From the NCBI GenBank assembly GCA_051294375.1, contig CM119268.1:20429672-20493671 (forward strand): 64,000 nt of DNA. The letters run 5' to 3'. Each line of letters begins with the position of its first letter. The first letter of the stretch is position 1. Made by a program: the position numbers and the translations under genes. This stretch comes from Paraspadella gotoi (lineage: Eukaryota > Animalia > Chaetognatha). This document shows positions 36,038 to 48,898 of the stretch, one piece after another. The notes below the pieces were generated by a model, which did no database searches, was not told the DNA's origin, and worked only from the letters and a program-made list of their open reading frames with translations.

Positions 36038-37912
36038 GTCATAAAATTATAGACTATGAGTGAATCAAATGATGATAATTGATGATCGCAGGTTAATTTT
36101 AATGACAGCCTAGTGAATGAATTAAAAAAGATAACACGACTGGCAATAATGACAGCCCAAAATAACAACAGTTTATTGTCTAAACCAAATTTTTTTGTCA
36201 CTGTTAAAAACAATCTATATTTGAAAATGATAATACCGTTAGAAAAGAAAAAATAAATTAAATTCCATCGCCAAAAAAATACGAAAAAAAACGTTCGCTT
36301 TCCAAAGCTATTTTTGTGTTTGAGGCCGCATATTTTGCCTTTGTTTTTAATTTTTTAAAGTCATAATTTTAAACCCGCAGATAAGTTTAATGTTTCATTG
36401 TTTTTGTTAAAACATTACATCAGGATTTAAACGAAACGATTTAGATAAAGCAGACAAGGGCGAAAACAAAGGACTGAATTTTTTTTGACGATTTGAAGGC
36501 GTTGACGTTACTGAATAACATCAAACAATGTATGATTGTAAAAATGTCTTCAGATAATACCTGGTGCTGCCGTTGGAAGTTCCGTAGCTCCTAGCGTCTC
36601 TCCAATGACTCGCTACTTCCCAAGTGCTCCTCGAAATAAGAACGACGATGACGACGACATAATTCGTGAGCGGAAATTAAAAAAATCCTGAATCACGTCG
36701 AAGGAATATTTTCGATGTCTCTCTCTCTCTATCGTTTTCCTAATTAAGTTAGGGGTTCCGACAGAAACGTCTTGCGATCCCTCAATCTTCCACTCGCTTC
36801 GTAGGAATCCAGGATATTTTTCAACCATTAAACAGGCGAAAATTGGCGAATCGGTTGAGTTTAAGCCTTACGAACATATTTACTCTCGAAAAGTGTTAAG
36901 GCGAAAGCATAAGTTTTTTCTTTCTTAATGCCGATCGAAAAAAAAATGAAATTTGTCAGTCAATGAGTCGAAAAAAAAATGTCCTTATGAGAAACTTTAC
37001 TTTTTTTCAATTTTTGATAGAAAGAACCGTTTGTTACACTTTGGCTGCCACGAAATAATATGAATCTGGTTTTGTTTAAGATTCGCCGAATGAGAAATGG
37101 GTGAGCCTTTCTTTCTTTGGTTCAACAAGAATTTTCGGATAAAACAAAATATTGAATTCGATCAGATATATTTTCTTTTCTTTTTCAGTTCAAACTTCTT
37201 TTTTTAAATACGAGATTTTTTTTCTTCATTTCAAGAATTTGAACAAATTTTGTTCAGCGGATTTTATGTAACTTGGCCGAAATTTATAGAGCGACGGATA
37301 GAAAAAGGAAATTTTGCCTTGTCATCTTTCTATTCACAAATTTAAAATTAATTATATTACAAATCTTTTTAGCGAAGCTCATTTTTAAAACCAAGCTTTG
37401 AGAGTAAAACAACGCGCTGTTTTGTAAGTAAAGCTTTCCTCTCTCGCGCAGAGAGCGTGTTTGTCATGAAGCTTTCCTCTACCGCGGCTTGCTGCTGGCT
37501 CCTATAGCGGCGGCGGCGCCCGAACGCTGCCGACGACCACTATCCTATCCCTCCTTCCTCTCCTCCTTACCTTTAAAAACTAGAGAGCTCCTCCTCTTCC
37601 GCCACCTCGGATATTCCTGGTATGGGCAATGCGCGTGTTTTGATAAAAATCCGACGAATATTTGCCGATAGTAACAAATGAGGAAACCAATTTCGCGTGC
37701 TCCAAATAATGGTTGTACCAATATCATAATTTTTAATGTCCGAGTTAGGCAAGGGAAAATATATGCATATCATAGATTAAACATTGTCCTAATTTTCCCG
37801 GTTCATCCTATTCTTGAGGGCCAAAAAGCTCTTGACTTCTCATTGGTTGCGCACGTCTCTCCATCCCTCTCTCTCTCTCTCTCTTACGTCTCTCTCCTCC
37901 TCTCTCTCTCTC

Positions 37913-37955
<43 letters not shown>

Positions 37956-37989
37956 TCTCATCCTCTTCTTCTCGCTCTCTCTCTCCTCA

Positions 37990-38021
<32 letters not shown>

Positions 38022-38065
38022 TTAGAGCTTTTCTTGTGTAATTAGAGTCGAAACCCCCCGTCTTC

Positions 38066-38096
<31 letters not shown>

Positions 38097-38613
38097 ATCT
38101 CTCTCTCTCTCTCTCTCTCTCTCCACGTGACTTTCGCGTGCGACCGAATGCAAATCGTTGGCACCGGCAATAGACGATGATTGACGTGTCCTCGTCGTCG
38201 TGGTTGTTGTTATTGTTGTTGTTGTTTTCAGTTAATAAATTCACGAAGTAGAACGCGGAGAAAAATAGGTTGGGAGAAACAAAGAACAAAACATATATTT
38301 ATTGTATTTATAAAAACTTGGCAGTAGTAATTAAGAGCCTTTCAGAAATAAATACAAATATAAATCCTATTAAACTTAACATCAATAATTTAAAATTAAT
38401 ACCTTAAAGAATGTCCTGTTTATTTATTATAAAGTTATTATTATATTATAAAGTTCTCCTTTTTTGATGTTTCATTTGTTTACGATGCCATCTATAAAAG
38501 TTTTATGTAACAAAAACTGTAAAAGACTTGGAATATCTACGATTAGGGAAAAACCTTAAAAGATTAAACTTTTAATTAATTAACATGTTTAAGCTTTTTC
38601 ATGTAATCTCTAG

Positions 38614-40726
38614 ATACTAATTGAGTGCTGGTCCTTTGTTGGAGGCTTTCGGAAAATGCGAAACGGACAGGAACGATAATTCATCGCAGATTCGGAAAAT
38701 ACATTCAAAGTAAGGAAATCTGATATTTATCCATTGTTGTATAGCAAAATTATTTCAGTAAACTTTATAGCTCCTTTATTCTTGTTTATCTTATTCGCCT
38801 TCTTATAATTTGGTTCCATTAATTAATTGTAAGAAATAAATGAATTTTCTTGTATAACTCTTTATTGGTTGTTGTCAACCACCCCCCACCTCCCGGACAA
38901 ATCCATGTGATCCTCCTTTTTTCCTCCTTCAGGTGCAGTACAGTAAATCCGGGAAAGTGGTTGGGAGGCGGAGATCGAGAACTAACATGTTCGAGCGAAG
39001 CCCGTCGCGTCGCAGGCCAAAGGAGAATCAAAACTTTCACGTCTTTTATTATTTACTTCATGTGAGTCCTGATTAAGATTTGAGATTAATTAAAATTCAT
39101 TAAATTAAATTTTAGTTTGTTTGCTTTCGTTAGTAGACGGAAAAGCAAAGTTTTTATTTGTTTACAGGGACGGTAAAGTTTATTTTCCTACATAAACGTT
39201 TCTTGTTTTTGGCTCGGTTGTTAAGCCTTCGTCGGTACAAATGAGATTTGTAACAAGATTTGGGGGAAAATTTGAGAAGAAGGAGGTGAAAATACATATA
39301 TACTCTTCGTTATTGGCAACTCATATAAAATATGTTATCGTTTACTCATTGTAATATTATTATTGTTTTTATTATTTAATTCGATTTTGTTTATTAATTT
39401 TATTGCAGTAATAAATTTATTGTTGGTGAAATAGACATTATCAATATTCATTATTCAAATTTCTTAAATTTGGTAAATTTTTAGTTTGCAATTGAGCGTG
39501 TATTGAGAAAATTCTCTTCCTTGGTGGAAGCAGTATATCAAGCTGTTTCCGATTTTTTTGTAGAAATTCAAACACCGTCGTCGTCGTTCGTCACATTCGT
39601 CGTCTCGTCTATCGGTCAGGGTCGCCCTCACCCGAGACTTACGCGGTTCTGCGAACTTGAAAAGGCTGCGGGCAGGGGCGATGGGGGTTCCGCTGGATTT
39701 GAGTCCGTACGAATCTATCAAATATAGTTAAGATATATTTTGTGTCTCTTGGTGGCATTGTTTTTTTTAATTATAATCTGCTATATTTATTATCATATAT
39801 GATTAAAAATTAATCCATTCATTTTGGTGTATTAATATAAAGTTCTATCTTACCTCCTGACTTTGGATCATAGGCCTTTGCGGTGGTTGTGTAACTAGTC
39901 CGCGAGTCACTTAATTACAATTATTTTTCAAGTAACTTTGGAGAAAACATTATTTTTTGCAAACAGTAAGGGTTGAAATTTTGTTTTCGTTTTAGGGTTT
40001 TTTGTTTTATTGACCGTCGTTCTCCTTATCGGAAACGTCAAGTTTTAAAGAGGTAACCGAATTGTTTAAAAAAAAGTAACAATAGCTGATGTTAATAATA
40101 TTGTTGATAATGTAAGATATAATTTCTTGTTAAAAAGAAAGCTCGCCGCATCAACGGTCTGGCGTCTGCATTTTCAAGTTCTGGGCTTTGGGTTGAGGAA
40201 ATCGAATCCTTACTCAAAATGAAAGAAAGATTCTCTTCTTCAAAGTTTTAAACAGAAAGGTAAAGTTTTCCAAATTAATACTATTTGGTTTTATTTGTGC
40301 TTGCTAATGAAAATAATTATAAAAACGAAGAGCGAGTCCGAAAAAAATTTTCTTTTCTATTTTAACAATATTTGTGAGTTTAATAATCAATGCTTAGCTG
40401 CACATTGTGGAAATGCTGCTTTCATCACTGATGGCATCAAGCAATCATACTTGCATATTGCAGTAATTTAAAAAAATTTAGATATTTCTAAAGTTTCATT
40501 CGTTCATTAAAAACACTATGTAAAGAAAGCCGCGGATTAAACCTTTCACTGGTTATCAACCAGTCAAAACAAATTTTTTTTATTTTTTCTTTTGGCATCA
40601 ATAAATTGGCAGCTGCGGGTTTAGATAGCTGACGACGGAAGATAGATTCCGTAAATATATGATGAGTTTCATCCTCGATTTTCTAAGAAATAATAATAAT
40701 AATAATAAAATTAATAATAATAATAA

Positions 40727-40758
<32 letters not shown>

Positions 40759-42189
40759 TAAAAAAAAGTTGTTATTTCAATTATCGTTTATGCTGTTTAA
40801 GTTGTTAACTGTAGGGTTCTTAGATAATTATTGCCCTTAAATACTATCTTTCCTGTTGATTTATCACAATAACAAATTACTAATACTAATAGTAATGTTA
40901 TATTATATTATCAAAACACACACATCTTCCGTAGACGAACTAGCGTGGGCCGGCGAGACCTTGAATTCTTCCTACGAGATGTCAGAGGCCGTCGCCGCCA
41001 GGAACAGTTTTGGCAAAGTTCCGTCTATTCCAGTCCTCTTCGATTGGATCTTGCTGAAAGATCAACAAAGTCTTGCTGCAGAAGCCAGTTTGCAAACGGA
41101 GCGGAGTGAAGTTTAAATCACTATGCATAAAATATCATAACTCAATAATAATTTATCATAAGGTTCGGAGATTAAGTCATAGACGACCGAAAATGAGTGC
41201 ATGTGTAATTTTTAAAAAAGGATGCGTTAAGATTAAGTTAATTTTCTTAAGGGTTAAGGATTTGGGGCAACATACTAGGTATAGAGAAATTGATAAAAAA
41301 TTTCTTTAGTTTTTATTGTTTAAAATTAAGTTTAAGGATTTTAAAAAAAATAGGATTTCAGAAAATAGTGACCTGAACATGGTTTCTCTTAACTTATTTC
41401 TTTTTCCTATTTATAATTTTTAACTCTACCTTTTTTCTTTCCTCTTCCGATATTTTTAGTAAAAAGTTATTCCGCTTCTGCAGATGACGTCTAGTCGGGA
41501 ATATTGGACATTTCTGGCTTGAGGATTTTGTCAGCGAAATGGATTAAGAACACTTTCTCATTAATTTTGCCAAACGAAAACTTGCCAGGTTTGAAAATTA
41601 TTGAAATAAAATTATTCAAATCATTTTACAGCAAAACAATGGTACCCTTTTTCACTGAAAATAAATCGTTGTTTAACAATTATTTAAATTTTTGTCTCCA
41701 ATTGTATTATTAAAGAAAGATTTTTTAAAAGCAATTAAACTTGGAAATTATTTTTCCATTAAAACTATATTATTATATTTACAATTAAACTAAATTACAC
41801 TAAATTCGAGCATTTCATCACGAACAAGTGTTTCAAATCAAAACAACAAGAGTACGAAAATGGAAAATATTGAGTGGACGAACATCGTATTTACGAAAGA
41901 TAACTCTGGTAAATTGTAGCATATTTTTAGTTATTCAATAATCATGACTGCGGAAATACTAGTTGATTATCGCGGTTTTTCCTTAATATTGCTCATAATC
42001 ACGTATGTGATTTAATAATTTTTCATATCAGGCTGTTTGAAATTATTTTTGGAGCGTCGCATTGCCTTTTGTCTTTAATCGAACGAAGCTTGCGTCGCCC
42101 CTGGCGGATCCACGATAACCTCGTGCATAAAAATGAACCAAGTTCACGAGGAAAAAAAGAATCGTTACTTTATCGCTCCTCATACTAAG
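38614..42189 (+). CDS. MYO9: Myosin motor-domain exons, most like class IX myosin; frameshift-ridden, partial
   Basis: ILISAGPLLEAFGNAK.DRNDNSSRFGKYIQ (38614-38709); VQYSKSGKVVG.EIENYMFERSR..SQAKGESNFHVFYYLL (38933-~39062); GETL..YEMSEAVAARNS.AK..Y..LFDWILLKINK (~40935-41105); GILDISG.EDF..FLINFANE.L (~41483-41590); QQEYEN..IEW.NI (~41808-41908); CL.L....LL.LI.EAC (~42033-42189). AGP.LEAFG and the EAV..RNS.AK segment resemble MYO9. Confidence 0.8.
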
Positions 42190-42352
42190 GTTTAAGTTAC
42201 CGGAAGCTAAGATTTAAATTTAAAAATTTATAAAGGGTCAAATTAGTTATTTTAATCAAAGGAAACAATATATGTTGTGAAAAACCGTTATGAACTTCTT
42301 CTGCTAACACAACGCGTGAAATATTGTACAATGTTATTGAAATTGGGACAAC

Positions 42353-42650
42353 TATGGTGGACTAAATCCCCAACCGTCTCAAGGCTAGCGGGCCCATTGG
42401 GTTGCGGAGGCAAGTCAATGATTATCGCCTCGCGCAACCGCAAAGGGTCCGGGGGTTCTAGCCCCGGTGGATCGTCTGGCAGTTCAAGCGTAGGGACAGG
42501 GGTTGGCATAACCCGGCTGTAAACATGGTGTTACAGCCTTATCGAAGCACGGAATGCTTAATATTGAACGTTCTGTCATTAACACTTATCAATAATTACT
42601 AATCTCTTCATTGGTGAGCCCGACCTTCTGACACAACAGCAACAACAACG
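42353..42650 (+). mobile_element. Family A 5' LTR plus PBS, followed by a different interior
   Basis: tatggtggac...ctcttca (42353-42610), then PBS TGGTGAGCCCGAC at 42612, then the acacaacagcaacaacaac leader shared with the TRIM interior. No second LTR is seen. Sequence is noisy. Confidence 0.8.
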
Positions 42651-43614
42651 ACGAGAGAGTTTTCCAGGAATACACGAGGTACGATACCGCATGGAACGGA
42701 AGGTGGACTACACAGGCCGGATATAGGTTGACTACAGAGCCACGGATTGGGCGACTGAGATCGGACTGCGTTCTAAGGGGGAATCGCATGTATTAACTAT
42801 AGAAAGTAGGAGCGAGTGGGGAAATAGGTAACGTCCGCGAGACAGCGATTCATTGATCCTCATGCGCCCCGGACCAGCAAGCTAGGATAGGACTGTGGCG
42901 GTAGTTAAGGGCGAGACAAGAAAGTTAGTTCGAGAGAGAGAGAAGAGAGAAGAAGAGAATAAGAAAAGAGAAGAGAAGCTAAGGAGGGGCCGGACGAAGA
43001 AAGACATTTTGTTTTATGTGATGGGGAATTAATCTTTGGAACGAGAAAGCTCTCTCGAAGGTGTCAGTGCTTCAGAGATCGTATATTACAATCTCACAAG
43101 AAAACAGTTATCGTTCCGACAACAGATGTGCACCGAGTAACGAGAAGTGGCATGAACCGTAAGCTTTGTCACCGAGGATTTTACCGTCCCGCCATCTCGC
43201 GTACCCAGAGTTAGGTGCTGAAATGTAAGGATCAAAACGACGAGGCAAGATTGTGTAGCCGATATCAGAACTGGGGCCGGAGCCCCGGCCGTGAAAGGGG
43301 TTTCAGGGCTTAAGAGTGGAAGACGGAAGGAGCGGCAGCGCAGACCCGGAATGGCTATCTCACTTATTTCTACCAAGAAAGATTTTTTATGTCACATCTT
43401 TTTCTTAATCTTTAACCTTAATGCCTAAAGCTAATCCATTAAACTTAATCCCAAAATCCCTACGAATATAACATAATCTTTTAAACTTAAAACCGATTTA
43501 AATCCTCAATTTAAGCTGAAGTTGAACGCTTTTTTGGAAAAATATGGCCGCAAATTCCAACAAAGAAAGAGAAAGAAGGTAGGAAAGAAGAGCGTAAGGA
43601 AATAGCAAGGAAGG

Positions 43615-44120
43615 AAAAAGTGGGGGAGGAATGGGGGACTGGTGGTAAATGAAGCTTCTAGAGGTAAGGAATAGTGGGGGGGAGGAATGGAGGGGCTGGT
43701 GGTAAGTGAACTTCTAGAGGGTTAAAAGAATATTGGGGGGAGGAATGGAGGGGCTGGTGGTTAGTGAAGCTTCTAGAAGGGTTGGAAATATTGGGGAGGA
43801 ATGGGAGGGCTGGTGGTAAGTGAAGCTTCTAGAGGGTAAGGAATGTGGGGGGAGGAATGGAGGGCTGGTGGTAAGTGAAGCTTCTAGAGGGTAAGGAATA
43901 GTGGAGGGGGGGAAAATGGGGGACTGGTGTAATGAAGCTCTAGAGGGTAAGGAATATTGGGGGGAGGAATGGAGGGCTGGTGGTAAGTGAAGATTCTAGA
44001 GGGTTAGGAATATTGGGGGGAGGAATGGAGGGCTGGTGGTAAGTGAAGCTTCTAGAGGGTAAGGATAGTGGGGGGGAGGAATGGAAGGGCTGGGTGGGTA
44101 AGTGAAGCTTCTCGAGGGTA
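43615..44120. repeat. G-rich ~56-bp minisatellite
   Basis: About 9 units of ggtggtaagtgaagcttctagagggtaaggaatattggggggaggaatggagggct. Reverse copies lie at about 49685-49795 and 62345-62842. Confidence 0.9.
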
Positions 44121-44879
44121 AGGTTCGAAGATTTTTTCTTTAATCCTTTGAGTTCGATTTCGCGAATGTCCGGGTTAATGCGGGTCAAAGGTCACGGGTT
44201 CGCGATGGGAGGGATAAGCGGCTGAAGGGAGTCGTGGATCAGGAAGGGTGAGGCAGGGTAAGGGACGAAAGAGGACGAGAGGGTCATGATGATCGGAAAG
44301 TGAAAAAAGTGGTTTGAGGGGATGACATTGGCAAAGCGGGCATAAAGGGTCCAGAGATAAAGCCTGGAAATGGTACACCGGAGATTAGAAAAAAAAAAAA
44401 CGGAATTTCATTTTGGAGGAAAATATTTATTAAAGACAACGTTATAAAAAGTTTTAAAAATAAGAGGGACAGGGATTTAAAGAAGAACGCGCTGCTTAAA
44501 TTGATGATCAATTATCGAATATTAATTTATTAATTAGCTACTAATTTCTTTTATTAACTCAAATTTACAATTTTTACATTGTCAATGTTTCTTGATGCTA
44601 TAACTTTACCTAGCTTTTTATTGTTTGTAAATTGTTTGTAAATTAAGCAAAAAAAAAAAATTGACAGGACTCGAAACAAAAGTGGAATGAACAAACGGGA
44701 AAGGGGTGAGTGAAAGAGAGGCAAAGACAGAAAGGTGAGAGGTGAAAGGTGAGAGGTGAGAGGTGAAGAGGTTTGAGAGGTGAGAGGTGAGGGTCAAGCG
44801 TCGAAATCCGTCGATGAATGAGCGGAGATTTCAATGTCGCCATCGCGTTGATGGTAAGTTAAGAGTTGATGGGAATTAG

Positions 44880-45420
44880 GGGAGGGTAAGGCCGTGAAAG
44901 TGAGTAGGGCAGTGCAAGTGGGTAAGGCCGTGAAGTGGGTAAGCGCAGTTGCAGTGGTAAGGCCGTGAAGTGAGTAGGCAGTGCAGTGGGTAAGGCCGTG
45001 AAGTGGTAAGGCAAGTGCAGTGGGTAATGGCCGTGAAAGTGGGTTAAGGCCAGTTGCAGTGGGTAAGGCCGTGAAGTGGGTAAGGCCAGTGCAGTGGTAA
45101 AGGCGTGATAGTGGGTTTAAGGCAGTGAGTGGGTAAGGCCGTGAAGTGAGTAAGGCAGTGGCAGTGGGTAAGGCACGTGAAGTTGGGTAAGGCAGTGCAG
45201 TGGGTGGGCCGTGAAGTGGGTAAGGCAGTGGCAGTGGGTAAGGCCCGTGAAGTGACTAAGGCAGTGCAGTGGGGTAAGGCCGTGAAGTTGGGGTAGGAGT
45301 GTCAGTGGGTAAGGCGTGAAGTGGGTAAGGCAGTGCAGTGGGTAGGCCCGTGAAGGTGGGTAAGGCAGTTGCAAGTGGGTAAGAGCCCGTGAAGTGGGTA
45401 AGGCCGTGAAGTGGGTAAGG
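44880..45420. repeat. G-rich ~34-bp dimeric minisatellite
   Basis: Alternating gtgggtaaggccgtgaa and gtgggtaaggcagtgca units. A reverse copy lies at about 60970-61600. Confidence 0.9.
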
Positions 45421-47306
45421 TCAAAGGTTAGCGAAAGAGAAAAAGTGAGGTAGAACTTTCTCATTGATAGGGCCAACTCCAGAGATAATATAAATTTCGA
45501 CTATTAGCAAAGTACTTTTAGTTGTCTTGAACTAAATATTTAAACAATCATTTTCCAAAAAAAAATTTATATTATTAACGTCTTGATTAATACATTAAAA
45601 TATTCTTGTCTTTTTTAAATATTATAAAAAATTTTTTTAGAAATCTTAAAAGTTTTTGATGGATTCTGATAGAAGCATTAAAAGTTAAATAAGAATTATA
45701 ATTACAGTGCTTTTTAAAAATTCTTACGGTTTTCTTCTATGTGAAAAATAAAAAAACTGATAAAATCATCGAAAAGAATGATGAAGTGATGATGATTTTT
45801 TACGGTTTTCTTATTTTTGACTTGTCACTTATCATGAAAATATTTAGATAAGATTATACTTTTGTGTAGACCAACTTTTTTATGAGCTATCTGAATCTGG
45901 TCTTTACAAATTTAAAATTATCAAAAAAATTTGGGCCTTTCCCTATTTATAAATAATATTAAAAAATTAATTATTTTGGGTTATAGAGCACATAAAGAAA
46001 TGTTTTGTCCATCTGAACAGTATAGCTTAAAAATGTATAAATTTCGTTTGAGCATATAATCATTCTCAAGTTTTTGCATTCACTCCATTGAGTGGGGTTA
46101 AACCGCCTAATCATTGAATTTTTGTTCGAACGTCCGAGAATTTTAAACGGACGACGACGACAACGACGACATCAAAAACCGACGACGAAATAGAACACAT
46201 CAGAAAACGAGACGAGAAATGACCAAAAAAACTATATTTAAAAATAAAGAAATAAAAATAGATAATGACACAGACTTTTAAATGCTCAAATGGAAAGAAA
46301 AATCTTCAAATGAGAATAAAGGACTGAAAGGAAAGGAAGGGGGGGGCGGCGGGAGCTCACGCAGGGGGGGGATCTTGAATCAGCGCTCGATCCGGCTCTA
46401 CGCTGAACTATACCCCATATCATGAGATGAGATTTCATTTGTTTTGGCCAAGAAGAGACGAAGAACAGAGAATTAAATCAAATTAAAATCAAAATGAAAC
46501 AAATTTACATAATTTTTATACTAAATAATTCGTTTTCGGCAAACAAATCATTTTTTTTTATTGATTTTAATAATATTCCAAGGAATAATAAATGTAATTG
46601 TAATTAAACAAGAGACGTCACATTTTAAACAATCACCAATTTCTCACATTTGAAAATAATTTCTTTACGAATTTCTTCGTTCCATTTTCTCTTTTCCATT
46701 GAATTTTTCACCAAATATACTTCAAATTTTGCGAGAAATTGAATTTCCGTTCTTCTGGACGTCGTTTGTCGTTGTTGTTGTCGTTGTCATCGTGTCGCCG
46801 TTGTCCTTATCGCCTTGTCGTCGTCGTTGTCGTTGTTGTTGTCCGTTGTATTCGTTGTCGCCGTTGTCATCAATCGTCGTTGTCGTCGTCGAGTCCCTTG
46901 ACACATCGGAGCGAAAGCGATGATTCGGTTCACCTAAAAAAAAAATCGTCCCTGAGGAAATGAATGCTCTGTCTCTATTTCACTTCTTTTTCGCGCGGGA
47001 CCCGTCTGTCCTCTGTCTCTCTCTCTCTTTTCTGATCACTTTTAAATCTTCCTCTCTTGTTAATCTTCCCATCATCATTTTTTGCACACACTCAACACTC
47101 TCTCTCTCTCTCTCCTCTCTCTCTCTTCATTCTCTCTCTCTCGTCTCTGCTCTCTCTCATCTCTCTCTCTCTCCTCTCGTCAGGCCCTCCCCCCATCAAA
47201 GTGATCAGAAAAGAGAGAGAGAGACAGAGACAGACGGGTCCCGCGCGAAAAAGAGTGAAATAGAGACAGAGTCATCATTCTCCTCAGGGACGATTTTTTT
47301 TTTTAG

Positions 47307-47564
47307 GTGAACCGAATCATCGCTTCGCTCCGGATGTGTCAAGGACTCGACGACGACAACGACGATGAAGACAACGGCGACAACGATGACAACGACAACA
47401 ACAACGACAACGACGACGACAACGGCGATAAGGACAACGGCGACAACGATGACAACGACAACAACAACGACAACGACGTCCAGAAGAACGAAATCAAATT
47501 TCTCGCAAAATTTGAAGATTTGGTGAAATTCATGGAAAGAGAAATGGAAACGAAGAAATTGTAA
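47307..47564 (+). CDS. Displaced terminal exon 10 of DGLUCY-like paralog B (acidic D/N-rich tail)
   Basis: A tttttttttag acceptor precedes phase-0 VNRIIASLRMCQG-(D/N)n-EIKFLAKFEDLVKFM..*, which parallels paralog A exon 10 FHKIMTVLRKSQG-(D/E)n-QSKLFLKMKNLMKIL*. In the colinear copy this exon follows exon 9 (59537-59788). An inverted copy lies at about 46665-46932. Confidence 0.75.
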   Translation: MNRIIASLRMCQGLDDDNDDEDNGDNDDNDNNNDNDDDNGDKDNGDNDDNDNNNDNDVQKNEIKFLAKFEDLVKFMEREMETKKL

Positions 47565-48131
47565 AGAAATTATTTCAAATGTGAGAAATTGGTGATTGTA
47601 AAATGTGACGTCTCTTGGTTTAATTACAATTACATTTATTATTCCTTGGAAATTATATTAAAATCAAATAAAAAAAAATGATTTGTTTGCCGAAAACGAA
47701 TTATTTTTAGTATTTAAAATTATGTAAATTTGTTTTCATTTGATTTTAATTTGAGTTTAATTTCTCTGTCTTCGTCTCTTCTGCCAAACAATAAATCTCA
47801 TCTCATGATATGGGGTTATAGTTCAGCGGTAGAGCGATCGAGCGCTGATCAAAATCCCCCTGGTGAGCTCCCTCCTTTTCCTTTTCAGTCTTTATCTCAT
47901 TTGAAGATTTTTTCGTTTCCATTTGAGCATTTAAAGTCTGGTCATTATCTATTTTTATTTCTTTATTTTTAAATATTAGTTTTTTGTCATTCTCGTCTTC
48001 GTTTCTGATGTTGTCTATTTTCGTCGTCGGTTTTTGATGTCGTCGTTGTCGTCGTCGTCGTTAAAATTCCTCGACGTCGAACAAAAGATCAATGATAGGG
48101 GTAACCCCACTCAATGGAGTGAATCAAAAAT

Positions 48132-48898
48132 NNNNNNNNNNNNNNNNNNNNNNNNNNNNNNNNNNNNNNNNNNNNNNNNNNNNNNNNNNNNNNNNNNNNN
48201 NNNNNNNNNNNNNNNNNNNNNNNNNNNNNNNNNNNNNNNNNNNNNNNNNNNNNNNNNNNNNNNNNNNNNNNNNNNNNNNNNNNNNNNNNNNNNNNNNNNN
48301 NNNNNNNNNNNNNNNNNNNNNNNNNNNNNNNNNNNNNNNNNNNNNNNNNNNNNNNNNNNNNNNNNNNNNNNNNNNNNNNNNNNNNNNNNNNNNNNNNNNN
48401 NNNNNNNNNNNNNNNNNNNNNNNNNNNNNNNNNNNNNNNNNNNNNNNNNNNNNNNNNNNNNNNNNNNNNNNNNNNNNNNNNNNNNNNNNNNNNNNNNNNN
48501 NNNNNNNNNNNNNNNNNNNNNNNNNNNNNNNNNNNNNNNNNNNNNNNNNNNNNNNNNNNNNNNNNNNNNNNNNNNNNNNNNNNNNNNNNNNNNNNNNNNN
48601 NNNNNNNNNNNNNNNNNNNNNNNNNNNNNNNNNNNNNNNNNNNNNNNNNNNNNNNNNNNNNNNNNNNNNNNNNNNNNNNNNNNNNNNNNNNNNNNNNNNN
48701 NNNNNNNNNNNNNNNNNNNNNNNNNNNNNNNNNNNNNNNNNNNNNNNNNNNNNNNNNNNNNNNNNNNNNNNNNNNNNNNNNNNNNNNNNNNNNNNNNNNN
48801 NNNNNNNNNNNNNNNNNNNNNNNNNNNNNNNNNNNNNNNNNNNNNNNNNNNNNNNNNNNNNNNNNNNNNNNNNNNNNNNNNNNNNNNNNNNNNNNNNN
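48132..48898. other. Assembly gap (N run)
   Basis: Long N run. Other gaps: 25-N at 26380-26404, 27041-27065, 30323-30347 and 62789-62813, and a long gap at 63745-63961. Confidence 0.99.

Noticed and set aside
36560-37670. Possible additional 5' septin exons (minus-strand donors near 36560 and 37571)
   Set aside because: No recognisable homology and noisy sequence, so they cannot be assigned.
33930-42189. Septin and myosin as true pseudogenes
   Set aside because: The same indel noise affects neighbouring repeats such as the LTR at 42353 while protein motifs stay recognisable, so read error is the simpler explanation.
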